This document shows positions 15,895 to 29,411 of a stretch of 64,000 nt of DNA, one piece after another (the stretch's first letter is position 1; the number at the start of each line of letters is the position of its first letter). The notes beneath the pieces are model-generated. The model did not search any database, was not told the origin of the DNA, and was given only the letters and a program-made list of their open reading frames with translations. The stretch spans positions 375,410,001-375,474,000 of the forward strand of contig OZ024743.1 in the NCBI GenBank assembly GCA_964016885.1. Reading direction: 5' to 3'. The translations under genes were made by a program, and so were the position numbers. This stretch comes from Eledone cirrhosa. Lineage: Eukaryota.

Positions 15895-16070
15895 GGGTTG
15901 AATCGGAGGTAACCACAGTAAGTAAGGTATTCAATACATAGCAGAGTATAAAAGTTTAATATAGATGAGATTCGACAGGACTAGAACTCTTTCATTGTTT
16001 AGAAATCATCAGGAATCATGATGATTTCTAAAGAATGAAACAGTTCTAGTCCTGTAGAATCTCATCTATA
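15895..16070 (-). mobile_element. PLE pseudo-LTR fragment ending in a ~110-bp fold-back hairpin (15960-16070) with HHR cores on both arms
   Basis: Imperfect inverted arms. Minus arm has CUGAUGA-uuucuaaacaau-GAAA-gaguuc-UA. Related copy at 23380-23485 (+). Confidence 0.55.
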
Positions 16071-16085
16071 TATATATATATATAT

Positions 16086-16290
16086 ATAGGAACGATTAGG
16101 ACCCCGACGGCTGAGCTCAAACCGTTTCGACGGCTAATTCTGGACTAAATTTAGTCCAGAATTAGCCGTCGAAACGGCTTGAGCTCACCCGTCGGGGTCC
16201 TAATCGTTCCTATTACCCACTCTACTACCCTAAGTATTGAGTACTTTGGTGCGTTATGGTCCACCTGGTTCCTTACCACATTTCCTTCGT

Positions 16291-16292
<2 letters not shown>
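16086..16292 (+). mobile_element. 128-bp palindrome plus ~80-bp tail; PLE pseudo-LTR-type fragment inserted in (TA)n
   Basis: 16086-16213 is palindromic with 2 mismatches. A second copy with the same tail lies at 32341-32543. Confidence 0.7.
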
Positions 16293-16351
<59 letters not shown>

Positions 16352-16355
<4 letters not shown>

Positions 16356-17467
16356 ACATCCACCAACTCCTCTCCTTCGTTGTGGATAATGCATTATTCA
16401 ATTTCCTCGGCCACACGTACAAACAGATCTCTGGACTACCTATGGGCTCTAGTCTGTCCGGCATACTTGCGATCTCGGACATGGACCACCTGGAACGCAA
16501 GGCACTCAACACCTGCCAACCCAACGCCGTCGCCTTCTACTCCAGATACGTTGATGACATACTGATTCTCACTTCTTCCCGGGAGATGGCGAATGAAATT
16601 CACCAAATCTTTAACGACACTGACCATCACGTCGATTTCACCATCGAACACCCTGAAGAAGACGGGTCACTCGCCCTCCTCGACTTCCGTATCAACATCT
16701 CGGAAGAAGGAGACATAAACACCACCTTCTACCGCAAGGCAGCGTGCAAGGACTTATTTGTGCATTACAACTCAGCCCTCCCCAACAACGCTAAGAGAGG
16801 CTATGTCCTAAATGAACTTACACGGATCACTAATAGATGCAGCGACCCGATGGGTGGTCTCACCCATACCACGCAATTCCGTAATCTACTCAAGTCTAAT
16901 GGATATCCCAAGCGACTGATTAACGGAATTAGAGACCCCAGACCCAATAGACAGACACCCACTAGAAACTTAGATAAAAACAAGTGCCTCTTTAAAATCC
17001 CTCACCTGAGTGAATATACCACGAACGCCATCCGCAGGGCCATACGGAGGGAGGGACTTGATATACATTTGGCCCACACAGGACCTTCGCTCCGAAGATG
17101 CCTCTCCACCAAACCCGACGAGTCAGATGGGATGTGCTCCCTCAGCAACTGCCCGATACGGGGGGCAGATTGCCTATGCACCTATGTCGTATATAAGATT
17201 CAATGCGATAAATGTAACAAGTTTTACATAGGTAGCACCATCCGACCCCTACATGTTCGTATCAAGGAACATGTCAACACCAACGCATCTTCCTTCCGTA
17301 AACACATCCTTAAATGCGGAAACCCACAGGGCAGACCCTTGGTCACAGTCCTAGCGACTGAACGCAGCATCGGATCCTTAAGGATAAAGGAAGCACTTGT
17401 TATTAAGAACCTCAGACCCCCACTTAACAACCGGGCTGAGAGAAATGAGCTGACATGGCTAATCTAA
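16352..17467 (+). pseudogene. 5'-truncated Penelope-like element ORF (RT C-terminal half + GIY-YIG endonuclease)
   Basis: QISGLPMGSSLS, RYVDD, LALLDFRI, YRK motifs; VVYKIQCDKCNKFYIGST...RIKEH...KEALVI..P.LN. Starts abruptly at a (TA)n tract, so the track's first 32 aa are spurious. Confidence 0.92.
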
Positions 17468-18218
<751 letters not shown>

Positions 18219-18440
18219 TATATATATATATATATATATTGTGTAGTGTTGCATTGATTATTTTTTGCATCTCTGACTTGCAACAAAAGAAAAGTGCAAA
18301 TAGAGAGAACGTGTATTGTCCATACATGTGTGTGCTTGTATGTTTGTGTGTATACACAGAGAGAGAGAAAGAGTGAGAGAGAGAGAGAAATACATACATA
18401 AATTCATACATTTATACATATATATATATACATATATACA

Positions 18441-19050
18441 TGGTGGCTGCCAACTCGTTTTGGAGTACGGCCACTGCTTTATATCCATGTAGGAGAACCC
18501 CTACCGATGCGCTGAACGAGTGTGACTTTTTAGTCCAGCCAGCGACTTGAAAACTCTGGTACAAACACTACACTTGTGACAATTATTGACACATAGTGCT
18601 GGGCCCATGGTACCATGTGATGACAAATGCAGAGAGATGTCCAGATGTAAAGCAATGTCTGTGCCGTGAAGCTTTTATAGTGAGCAAAGGCACTGCACAA
18701 AGCCAGTCCCACTCTCTTAATCAAGATGATATTTACCAAAAAGAAGAACAAGTCAACATCAGTGGATACCATCAGGGTTGCAGGTGTTATATCAGAGTTT
18801 TCCTTCTCCTAGAATTCTGCCTTGACAAAGGCTAAGGGGTCATCTCTCCCAGTGATTTTGGATGGCCATTGACTCTTAAGAGCTCCTTTGCCCTTTGACA
18901 GGTTTTGTTTTTAGTCCTGCAGGAGGCCCAAAGTCACCCTCCTCACCAAGAAACCTTGGTGGGGTTGCCAGTTTAGTCGCCAACGACCTGACCATGGGAC
19001 AGGTTGTACTGGGATACATGTTACCAGTAGCACCAACTGGTGACGTGACA
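18441..19050 (+). mobile_element. ~600-bp non-coding interspersed repeat 'A' (likely non-autonomous retroposon) with a (TACA)n tail
   Basis: Highly similar copies at 32937-33505 (+) and 52497-52860 (-). The family assignment is not established. Confidence 0.75.
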
Positions 19051-19196
19051 TACATACATATATACATACATATATGCATATATACATACATATATGCATA
19101 TATACATATATGCATATATACATACATATATACATAGATATATGCATATATACATATATATATACATATATATATGCATATATATATATACATACA

Positions 19197-19236
<40 letters not shown>

Positions 19237-19466
19237 CATACATATATACATATACATATACATACATATACATATATATATATATACATACACATATACA
19301 TATATACATACATATATATATATATATATACATACATATATACATACATATATATATATACATACATACACACATACATATATAAATACATATATATATA
19401 TACATATGTCTTATGGTAGCTAAGATGCGTTCATATACATACATATATATATATATATACATATGA

Positions 19467-19980
19467 TGGCTGCCCCCTCGTTATTGAGTATGCCATTGCA
19501 CGATATACCATTATTAATAATTATTAATTAATTCTATCGTGCAATGCATGTGCGTGAAGATATTTTTTAAAGTGAGGAAAGACTGTGCACTGAGCCAATC
19601 CCACTCTCCCAGCGACAGTAGCTATAACCCGAAAAGAAGAAGAGATCAACATCATCCGTAACTCCTGAGCCGCAGGTTTTATATCAGAGTTATCCCAGTT
19701 TCCTGAGTTACCTTCTCCTAGAAGAATGCTCTGACAAAGGCTAGGGGTCCTTCACTCCCAGTGCTATAACCGCGCGGTACATGTGTATATACATATTTAC
19801 ACACTTTCGGATGGTCGTTGACCTTTATGAGTTCTTCCGCCCTGTGTCAGGTTTTGTGTTTTGTCCTGCAGGGTGTCCAAAATCACCCTCGTCACCAAGT
19901 AAACTTGGTGGGGTGGTGGGATTGCCGGTTTAGTCGCCGACGATCCGACCATGCGACAGGTTGTACTGGGTTACATGTTA
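19467..19980 (+). mobile_element. Interspersed repeat 'B', a diverged homolog of repeat A
   Basis: Shares blocks with A (cccactctc, aaaagaagaa..tcaacatca, ccttctcctaga, gacaaaggcta, ttagtcgcc.acga). Copies at 33619-33845 (+) and ~36235-36757 (-). Confidence 0.7.
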
Positions 19981-20046
19981 CATATATATATACATACATA
20001 TATACATACATGACGATATATTATCCCTACATTATTGATAACCTGA

Positions 20047-20082
<36 letters not shown>

Positions 20083-20087
<5 letters not shown>

Positions 20088-20692
20088 TATGTATACGTAC
20101 ATACATATATGTATACAGACGTACAGTAGTATGTATATATATACATACATGTACACAAATATATATGTACGTATGGATTCACCGAACATTTATTATAATG
20201 TTCGGTTTGTTTGTAAACAAACATCCCGAATTAAGCCGTACAGTGTTTACCAACCATCGTTGCCCTTTTGTTCAACACTAACAAAGGAACGATGTACTAG
20301 TTTCAAGCTTATTAGCTATCGTCAGCACCGTATACCTTCCTGCCAGATGATTGAACGTCTGAAAGTATATACTTACCTTATGCATATTAACGGCTGAGTA
20401 GCCTAATTTGCATATCGAGTGAGTTAATCGGCCGGGCGCACCGAAAACGATAAATGGAAAAAATGAAACGAAATTTCATTTCTCACTCTTAGTACGGCTG
20501 TTACTTAAATATAAGTATGTACACGTACATACATATATGTACACAGACGTACAGTAGTATGTATATATATATACATACATGCACACATATATATATGTAC
20601 GTATGGATTCACCGTACATTTATTATAATGCATTTATTATAATGCTTAATTCGGGATGTTTGTTTACAAACAAACCGAGCATTATAATAAAT
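20083..20692 (-). mobile_element. Retrozyme-like non-coding tandem unit (428-bp period, ~1.3 copies, plus a terminal inverted segment)
   Basis: 20083-20200 recurs at 20511-20630; 20644-20692 is the reverse complement of ~20186-20236. Contains an HHR and is homologous to the 466-bp unit at 56.9 kb. Confidence 0.7.
20289..20331 (-). ncRNA. Minimal type-I hammerhead ribozyme motif
   Basis: ACGGUG-CUGACGA-u-AGCU-aaua-AGCU-u-GAAA-CUAG-UA-CAUCGU: intact core, 6-bp stem I (one G-U), palindromic stem III, GUA cleavage triplet. Confidence 0.8.
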
Positions 20693-20697
20693 GTATA

Positions 20698-21485
20698 TCT
20701 GTATATATATAAAATTAAGTATGTGTGTGTGTGTGTGTGTGTATTACCTATAGGGGCTACATCTTACGACCGATTTTCATGAAACTTTACAGACTCATAG
20801 ATTAGTCATCGGGGATTTTTCTACATAGCATATCGTTTTTTTTATTCCGGGGTCATTCTGCAGATAAAAATAGATAGAGGGCGGGGGTCACCTTTTTTTA
20901 GGTATCGAAAAATAAGATTGTTGGCTCTAGCCGCCACATTTTGCCACCGATTTCGTTCAAATTTTAAAGCAAAATAGAATTTATCATTGCACATCTTGTT
21001 GTTCAGGGACGGCGTGGCAGCCGCTTAAATATTCAAAAATACCACTTTTAGACTCACATTTCTTTTTCGGCTCTAGCTCCCACATTAATCAACCTACTTT
21101 GTTTAAATTTTACACTACGCTAGATCTGATTATTTCACATCTTAAAGTGGCTTTACATTTTGGATTTTTTGTTCAGGAATGGCGTGGCAGCCCCTCTAAA
21201 TAACCGAAAATAGCACCTTTTCGCTCAAATTTCCGCCTTTTCGGCTCTAGCTCCAGCTCCCACATTTTTCAACCGATTTCGTTCAAATTCGAAAGTCCCT
21301 CCCCCAGCATGCCCCTTCGTCAGTCACCCGCGTTTCTCAGTGATAGAGGTCATCACCACCCTCCCCCGCATGACCTGTGCGTGGCCATAGATGAGTCATC
21401 GAGAAGCAGTCGTTAAGATCAACACCTTTTCATCAAAGCAGATATTATTTTACCTACCCAGGCAACGCTGGGTACTGCTGGTAGT
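20698..21485 (+). mobile_element. Non-autonomous Helitron-like element
   Basis: 5' TC(TG)TATATATATAAAA followed by (TG)n; three internal subrepeats (ggctctagc..ccacatt..ttcaaattt); 3' hairpin CCCAGGCAACGCTGGG followed by a CTAG-like end (ctggtagt). Confidence 0.6.
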
Positions 21486-21498
21486 ATATATATATGTA

Positions 21499-21560
<62 letters not shown>

Positions 21561-21870
21561 GTATACACTCCAGCCCGCCCATCCCTTCAATCTATCTCAT
21601 TTCTCATTCTTTCTCTGATGAAGGATTTTGCTTCATTGATATATTGTGGTGTGATATTAAAAAAGAGCAGAGTCAGTTGAAGTGACATGATTTAAAGTAA
21701 TGTTATATGATGCGAGCGCAATTTTTGTAGAGAAGGGCTGGCACAGGGGACTAAGCTTTGGGTTAATCTTAAAGTTGATGTATTATATGTAAGAATATAG
21801 TTTAAACTTTTCAAACCAATCTTTGTAATCAAGGACTGGTATTCCCTCTACTTCTTTTGTAATAGACTAC

Positions 21871-21919
<49 letters not shown>

Positions 21920-22128
21920 TTTTTCTCAACCTGATTAGTTCTATCGTTGCTCTGGTATATATATTGTGTGTTAGTTTAGCCTACCACAATGTTCGATTTG
22001 TCAAGCTATTTAAACGTATGTTATTACTCTAAGGACCTACCTTATCGAGTGCTTTGCTAACTCATCATTTCATATAAGTAGGCTGAATTCACTTGCTAAC
22101 CGCCAGAGATTCGATTTTACTGATTTCC

Positions 22129-22211
<83 letters not shown>

Positions 22212-22413
22212 AGAAGAGGAGGGAAGCTGCACTAGATATGTATATATATATATATATATATTACCATAGAGGTCCGACGAACTTTTGATTCCAGAGTCGG
22301 GCCATATCGATACAGATTGAACCTTGAGCTGATCAATAGCGAAACGTGCGACACCAATACCAATCAATAAACGTAATGAAGACGTAACAAATCGTCCTTG
22401 TATTATTATTATT

Positions 22414-22500
<87 letters not shown>

Positions 22501-22984
22501 GGGGAGAGTGTGTGTGACAGACAGGTAGAGAGGGATGTATGTAACACTCCAACAGACATTATATCTGCAAACCTGAATAAACTTAATTATCTCGTAAAAT
22601 AGATAGTTGTTCGCCTTCACTGCTTGCTTGCTTTTTAAATAGTATCTAAATCAGAGATTCCCGAACTTATTTGACTCCTGTCAATTATATCAATGCCGTC
22701 ACCTGTGAAATTATTCAAAATAATACATTGAAAATTAAAATTTTATGTTTTTTAAATTGATTTTAAGTATTTATTGAATAACTGTAGGTTACCATTTTTT
22801 TGTGTGGAAATATTAATTTAAAATTTTAACCTTTCCGTCCTTCGCCACTTCTTACCTGCTTAATGACATCCAGACTCCCAGCCGCCTATCCTCTTTTGTG
22901 GTATTGTGCCCTTACTGGGTCTATCAGTGTTTCCAAGGTGGGCTAGAGCTCACTTGAGGAATCACTGATGTATGTCATAAACGA

Positions 22985-23300
22985 ATCATGGTCGAACCGG
23001 TCGCTGACGAGACCTCAGGCGTACTTGAACCCCGTACTGTCGAGCTCCTCCGCAAGTTCGGAACGTCAGCAGCCCGTCTGAGGAAGGAGCCCCATGAGGT
23101 CGGAGTGGCTGTTGCAGCGGGTGTCACTGGCCATTGTCCGCGGAAATGCCTTTGCAGTCTTGTCCGCGTGGTGCAACCCCAACATCGCCGCACCCTAGGC
23201 CTAGGGCCCATCACCCTCCCTCTTCCCCTCCCAATCTTCTATGACCCTAGAACTTGCCTTTCCTTTCATTTTCCGCTTTTAAATATATGTAGTGTTGTTA
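22985..23300 (+). mobile_element. CRE-like (restriction-like endonuclease) non-LTR element 3' fragment
   Basis: VEPVADETSGVLEPRT, then after a frameshift EWLLQRVSLAIVRGNAFAV. Similar to 29770-30090; UTR-like pieces at ~25135-25260 and ~43370-43620. Confidence 0.65.
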
Positions 23301-23323
23301 TTTGAAACAGATTTGTTTATGAT

Positions 23324-23367
<44 letters not shown>

Positions 23368-23483
23368 ATGATGATGATAATGATGATTTCCTTCAAATGA
23401 AACAGTTCTAGTCCCATAGAAGCCATTTCTATAGTAAATGTGTTGTTTACTTACACTCTACTAATGTATTGAGTACCTTACTG

Positions 23484-23536
<53 letters not shown>

Positions 23537-24169
23537 ATATACTTCATTTAAGTTATTTTGATCAGCTAATTGTAGAACTGGTATTTCTGGTAGGCAAATC
23601 ATAATGCAACGAATATATATTCTATATAGAAGAGAACAGGTCAGAAGAGAAAATAAAAAAAGTGAAGTGAAATCTATGAACCAGATACTCAATCCGAATT
23701 CAGCATATAATTAATGTTAACGAATCATTTCCAGAAGAAACAAGAAAAAGGCATTTTTAATTGAAAATGAATTGCAAAAATTAATTATATGATAATTTTA
23801 TTTTTAATTTTTTTTTTTACTCATTTCTTCCTCTTCTTTGTAAAATATAATTATATTTAAATGTATGGAGTATTATTTATTAGAATTCTTTTGTTTCTAA
23901 TGGAAATCATAATTGGTTTGTTCTTACTTTTTTCCCTCTATTGATTATATTCTTCTTTTTTTTTCTATTTCTATTTGTTATTTATTCATTGTTATTTTTC
24001 TTTCAGGATTATGTTATTCTTCTTATTCTTCTTCTTCTTATTATTATTATTATCATTTGCGGGGAAGAGGGGAAAGGCTAATTGCATATGATATTATTAA
24101 ATGAAATTATTGATTTCCATAATATTTTTATTTATTTATTCGTTTTAGTTAAATTTATGTAATTATTAT

Positions 24170-24202
<33 letters not shown>

Positions 24203-24340
24203 TTTATTACTGTTTTTTTTTACCATTTTCAATAACTTCAAAGAAAGGAATATCTTCATTTTTCTCTGGATAGTCTTTTTGTCACATTCTCATCAAAAGT
24301 TATATTACACACGCTAACACCGAAACACACCCGTAGTGTG

Positions 24341-24430
<90 letters not shown>

Positions 24431-24936
24431 TGTGTATGTGTATGTGTGTGTATGCGTGTGTGTGTGTATGTGTGTGTATGTGTATGTGTGTGTCTGTCTG
24501 TGTCTGTGTCTGTGTCTGTGTCTGTGTGTGTCTGTGTCTGTGTCTGTGTCTGTGTGTGTATGTGTGTATGTGTGTATGTGTGTGTGTGTGTTTGTGTCTG
24601 TGTCAGAAATAGAGAAATATAAAGAGAATGAGAGGCAACTTTCTTTATATATTTAAATAAGCTCACGTGTATAAAATATATTTTCATGCAGTTTTATAAA
24701 TACCGCATTTATTGAATAGCCATGTTGAGAAAAATGTTTAGAATAAGCATGAAGCGAGTAAGGGTGTTTGTATTGGAGATCTAAATGTCATAGATTAGTA
24801 GTTTAACATTCAGGGTCAAGTTTTATAGTTGAAGTAATGGTCTTACAAATATAATAATAAACATATGTGGTGACTTAGTTTAAGAGAGAAGCTATGGTCT
24901 TACTAATACCACGCTGGCCTAGGTGTGTCAGCTCTC

Positions 24937-25133
24937 CAGACCTGCCAACCTCTAAAAATCCCAAACGAGGAGTACCATGAAAAAAAGTGCCCCAAAACGG
25001 GGAGAAATGAAGCAAAAAGGGGAGATTTTACATAATGAAAGCTATACCAATTTTCACAAGAGAAGACAGCTCTGACCCTCCCCCAACGTGGATGGGGATT
25101 CTCCTCGTCGGACGGGGAGAGTTGACAAGTCGG
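24937..25133 (+). mobile_element. ~195-bp MITE (hAT-like TIR CAGACCTGCCAAC)
   Basis: Imperfect terminal inverted repeats; a second copy in opposite orientation at 30674-30868. No clear TSD. Confidence 0.65.
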
Positions 25134-25747
25134 TCCCACCCTCCCCATCCTTTTTCCGTTGCCTAATAGTTGCTTTGCTCTTTCCCTCCTTTTTTTCTCA
25201 TACAGCCAGATCTGCCCTTCTTTAACCCTTTCCCCTTTTCTTTCGTTACTTAATTTTTTTTTATATATTTCCATCAATGTAAAACTTTTGTTTGTAAAAT
25301 ATAGTTGACATAAAAAAAAAGAAAAACATTTTAATATATATGTTTCTTTTATTTGCCACTAGGGCATCAGTGCCTTAGTTTTACAGTGAAACAGTGGTTT
25401 TACGAGTATAATTTTAACATGATATTTTCGTTTAACATTGAAGCATGGGTTTACAATTTATAAACTGGATATTTGTAATATCTTAGTTAAACAGATAGTT
25501 TAAAATGTATAAGAGAAAAGAGTATAATTTTAACATTTGTAATATTTTAGTTTAATAGTGAGGTTACGGTTTATCAGTAAAGCAATGATTGACTTGGATA
25601 GTTTCCACATTTCTGATTTCAGAATTTAACGGTGGGGTTAGTTTTTAATGGGAACCAATAGTCTTACTAGTATAACAGTATCATTTGACATCTGTAATGT
25701 CATAATTTCACAGTTTATGAAAACAGTCGTCTTTTTAGTATAATTAA

Positions 25748-25918
25748 TTGTTTCTACTTTTGGCACAAGGCCAGCAAATACCCAGTGCATTACTGGTACT
25801 TTATTTTATCGACCCCCGTAAGGATGAAAGGCAAAGTTAACCTCGGCGGGATTTGAACTCAGACCATAAAGGGACGTAACTCTTTGCTGCAAAGCATGGG
25901 GTCCGACCCTCTACCGAT
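25748..25918 (-). mobile_element. tRNA-derived SINE (5'-truncated) with TSD TTTAGTATAATTAAT
   Basis: B-box GAGTTCAAATCC and family body gcctttcatccttacggggtcgataaaataaagtacc; direct repeat on both sides. Confidence 0.85.
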
Positions 25919-25971
25919 TTTTTAGTATAATTAATGGTTCCATGAGTGCTCTACTTACAATGGTTTATTAC

Positions 25972-26007
<36 letters not shown>

Positions 26008-26127
26008 GAGGGGGCAGGCGGATAGACAGAGACAGAGAGACTGTGGTGCTGACACCGGGGAGACCACTAATCATGGGAGTACTCAATGCATGGGGAGATG
26101 TAGAGTGGGTATAGAAATATATGAAAT

Positions 26128-26183
26128 CCCGACCGCGGCGCCAAGCGGTTCCTGTTTTTGTGTTCAACAAGCATTGTCAAGGG
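26128..26183 (-). ncRNA. Degenerate type-I HHR in a PLE pseudo-LTR fragment
   Basis: CCC-UUGACAA-...-GGAA-CCGC-uuggcgcc-GCGG-UC-GGG, followed by the same tacccactctac...ttgagtact tail as 16214-16245. Confidence 0.45.
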
Positions 26184-26285
26184 TGTAGTAGCCTACATAG
26201 ATTTTACATATCATAGTTAATATATTCGTCACCATGGTGGTTTTATGACCCTTATTATTTGAACACGTGTGTTTTCTCTCTTTAC

Positions 26286-26418
<133 letters not shown>

Positions 26419-26523
26419 GCGCTACAGATAGATGTACTATCTATAGTGTCTATCTCTTGTTTGTGCTGCGCTTTCTAATTCTCGTTATCAGTAACCACGC
26501 AGCCTCGTCCCTCTCAATCTATA

Positions 26524-26557
<34 letters not shown>

Positions 26558-27034
26558 CACTAGACATTTCAGTGACACTATTTTCGTGGGCGGTGTCCAT
26601 CTCCTCTGCAAGTATCCAATCCCTTATTAGGCCTAGACTGCCAGCAGAAGCAGTTACCGGGTATAAGTGTATATTATATTATTCATCAAATTAATTATAA
26701 AGAGAGAAAGAAGGAAAGAAAAGAGAAGATAGAGAGAAAGAAAGAAAGGGGTAGCGTGACAGACAGAAAAAATATGAAAATAAAATGAGATAGGCAGATA
26801 TGTGATGGATTAGATTTCAGAATTATTATCTAGAAATCAATAGAGCATAGATCTATGAATATATCATAGCCTTCCATTAAATTACGTGGACAAATTGAGC
26901 GTCACATGACGGACGTTTCATTGGTCTCAACAAGATATAACTGTTTTGACACCTTCCTAGTCGTCTGTCACGTTTCAGCAAATAAAACACAAAAACGCGA
27001 GATGTATTGTTTATTTGATACATTTATGCAGTCG

Positions 27035-27650
27035 GTAGGCAGCAAATTGACAGAGTCGTTAGAACGTCAGATAGAATACTTTGCAGTATTCGTTCTGGTT
27101 CTTTGCTCTCTGAACTCAAATCCCGCCGAGGTCAACTTTGCCTTTCATCCATTCATGGTCGATAAAAAAGTACCAGTCAGGTATTAGAGTCTACTCTTCC
27201 TCTATATCTCTTTCTCATTTCCTTTCTCTCACTCTCTCTATCCTTCTCTTCAAGAAATCTACTGTGTTCAGGCCTGGAGAGGAGATGGGCTCTGCCGGGT
27301 TTTAAAAATGTCCTAGAAACGCCGTTTCTCAATAAGGCCTCCCTACGACTCAGCGGAAGTCACGGGTCAAGACCATACCATACCATGCAGTCGGTATATT
27401 AATCTGTATTCTGTATTATTATTATATATTGTTTTTAAGGGTGGTGGAGTGACAGAATTGGTAGAGTGTTGGTTAGAAATTCAATTTTGGTATTTGTTCT
27501 GGCTCTTTACATTAATCCAAATACCTCCATGGTTAGCTTTACGTTCCATCCTTACGGAATCGATACAATAAAGCACCAGTAATGAACTGGGTCGATTTAA
27601 TCGACTCCCCCTTCAAATTACTGGCCTTGTGACAAAAGTAGATACAATTA
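27035..27650 (+). mobile_element. Two diverged copies of the tRNA-derived SINE (~27035-27190 and ~27440-27650)
   Basis: Family body motifs tcaaatcccgccgaggtcaactttgcctttcatcc and gcctt gtg.caaaagtaga. Confidence 0.7.
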
Positions 27651-27889
27651 TATATAAAATTATGTTATGTATTATATTATTCTGTGATGTGCTAGACAAA
27701 TATTGAAAAATGGTAAATGAGAATGAAGTGGAAACGTAACACATCAATAACTTGGTCCCACTTAAGTGGATTGCCAGAGTCGCTAGAGCGTCAGACAAAA
27801 TTCAGATATTGTTCCAAAGCATAGACACAGAGGGACGGCATTACTTATTAAGCAAGATTTACATCGTAATGAATGAAAGTCTAATATAT

Positions 27890-28270
27890 GTGCTGAGTTG
27901 CGGGTTGATATTACGTATAAGCAGTGCTTCCTTTATTCCCAAGCTGCCCACATTTCTCTCTCTGGTTTCAATACTGACTGTGATGGTTTTTTTGTATTTT
28001 TGCATTTTCAATGTGTTTTTTCAAATAAGGATGCATGTGTGGAGTGGTCTAGTCGTACTACCAATGTAGAACTCCTTGCAACTGGCATTTAATGTGGTAA
28101 ACCGCATGTGTCCGTTAGCACATACCTGTGTCGGGGATAGGACAGTTAGTCAGCGTTCATTGGCTGTTGTCGTTGTCACTGGATCGCTTTTTAGATTGAC
28201 GTTTTGTCAATGAAGGGCCGGAGTGAGCTGATTGTATGCCCAGTCCTCCCTTGCAGATGGCACTGCAAAT
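27890..28270 (-). pseudogene. Decayed PLE GIY-YIG endonuclease fragment
   Basis: Minus-strand translations AHSGPSL, NCPIP, CKEFYIGSTTRPLH and RIKEALLIRNINPQL align by eye to the C-terminus of the 16352 ORF. Confidence 0.75.
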
Positions 28271-28495
28271 TTATATGGTTATAGTATAAGGTAAAAAGAA
28301 GACACAGACGGAGAACAATTGCACAAAGTCTTATCAGTTTCACGCTTGAGAGAAAAGGAAACAGGAAAAGATATAATGTCTTGATGTATCGGATATTAGT
28401 CTTTCATCAGAAAAGATAAAGTTGGGAGAGTTAGAGGAAGCAAAAAATTGCCATTACGAAGGTGTGTTGTTTTACTCATTTGTGTGTACGTGTGC

Positions 28496-28561
<66 letters not shown>

Positions 28562-29188
28562 CAGTAGTGAAGTTTCCCATTCAGGAAACAGTGTCGATAT
28601 ATTCCTCGATATGTTCGTATAAGTTCCTCGAAGGAAGTGTCCCAGCATGCTCGTTGTCGAGCAACTGAAATAAGAAGAATAAATATGGCTCCAATTTGTG
28701 AGCTGTAAATAGTTTCAAGGAGGAAACGAAATTGACTGCAAAACAACAGCGAAAACAACAACAACAACAATAACGGCAACAACAACAGCAGCAGTAGCAA
28801 CAGTCGAAATAGAACAATAAGAGCAAGAACAACAATAACATCAAGAGTCCACGTAGTTGAATACTAATGTTTAACTTGTATTTGCCTCAATGCCCGTCAC
28901 ACTTGAGAGCATGTGTCTGTGGGATTTTGGTATATATCCAAACATGAAACTTCCCCACGCAAAAGTAAAATATATCAGCTTATCAGCTTGCACTAGTATA
29001 AACATGACTTGGAACTCGTCCAACACATACACACTAGCTCCGTGTGTGTGTATATATATATATATATAAACATATGTATATGTGTGTGTGTGTGTGTGTG
29101 TGTACATTCATCGATAAATATACATATATATGCATATTTATATCTATATGTATGTATATACACTAATGTACCCGGACCATCAATAATG

Positions 29189-29411
29189 GTTTCTAGTATA
29201 GGCACAAGGCCAGTAATTTTTTTTTGGGGGGGGGGGGGGGGGTCGAGTAAATCGACCTCAGTGCATTACTGGTACTTTATTTTATCGACCTCGTAAGGAT
29301 GAAAGACAAAGTTAACCTTGGCGGGATTTGAACTCAGACCGTAAAGGACCGTAACTCTATGCTGCAAAGCATGGTGTCCGACTCTACCGATACTGCCAAT
29401 CCACCGCCATT
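29189..29411 (-). mobile_element. Full-length tRNA-derived SINE with a 17-bp TSD
   Basis: A-box TGGCAGTATCGG and B-box GAGTTCAAATCC; CCGGACCATCAATAATG at 29172-29188 and 29412-29428. Confidence 0.9.

Noticed and set aside
18530-18835. 80-aa ORFs shared by repeat A copies
   Set aside because: Conserved only because the copies are recent; no recognisable protein motif.
18876-19462. YIYI/MYVC/HTHT-type ORFs here and throughout the track
   Set aside because: Stop-free reading of (TA)n, (TG)n and (TACA)n microsatellites.
20344-20375. Plus-strand cagatga...gaaa-gtatatac-tt as another hammerhead
   Set aside because: Core is mutated and stem I cannot form; likely chance.
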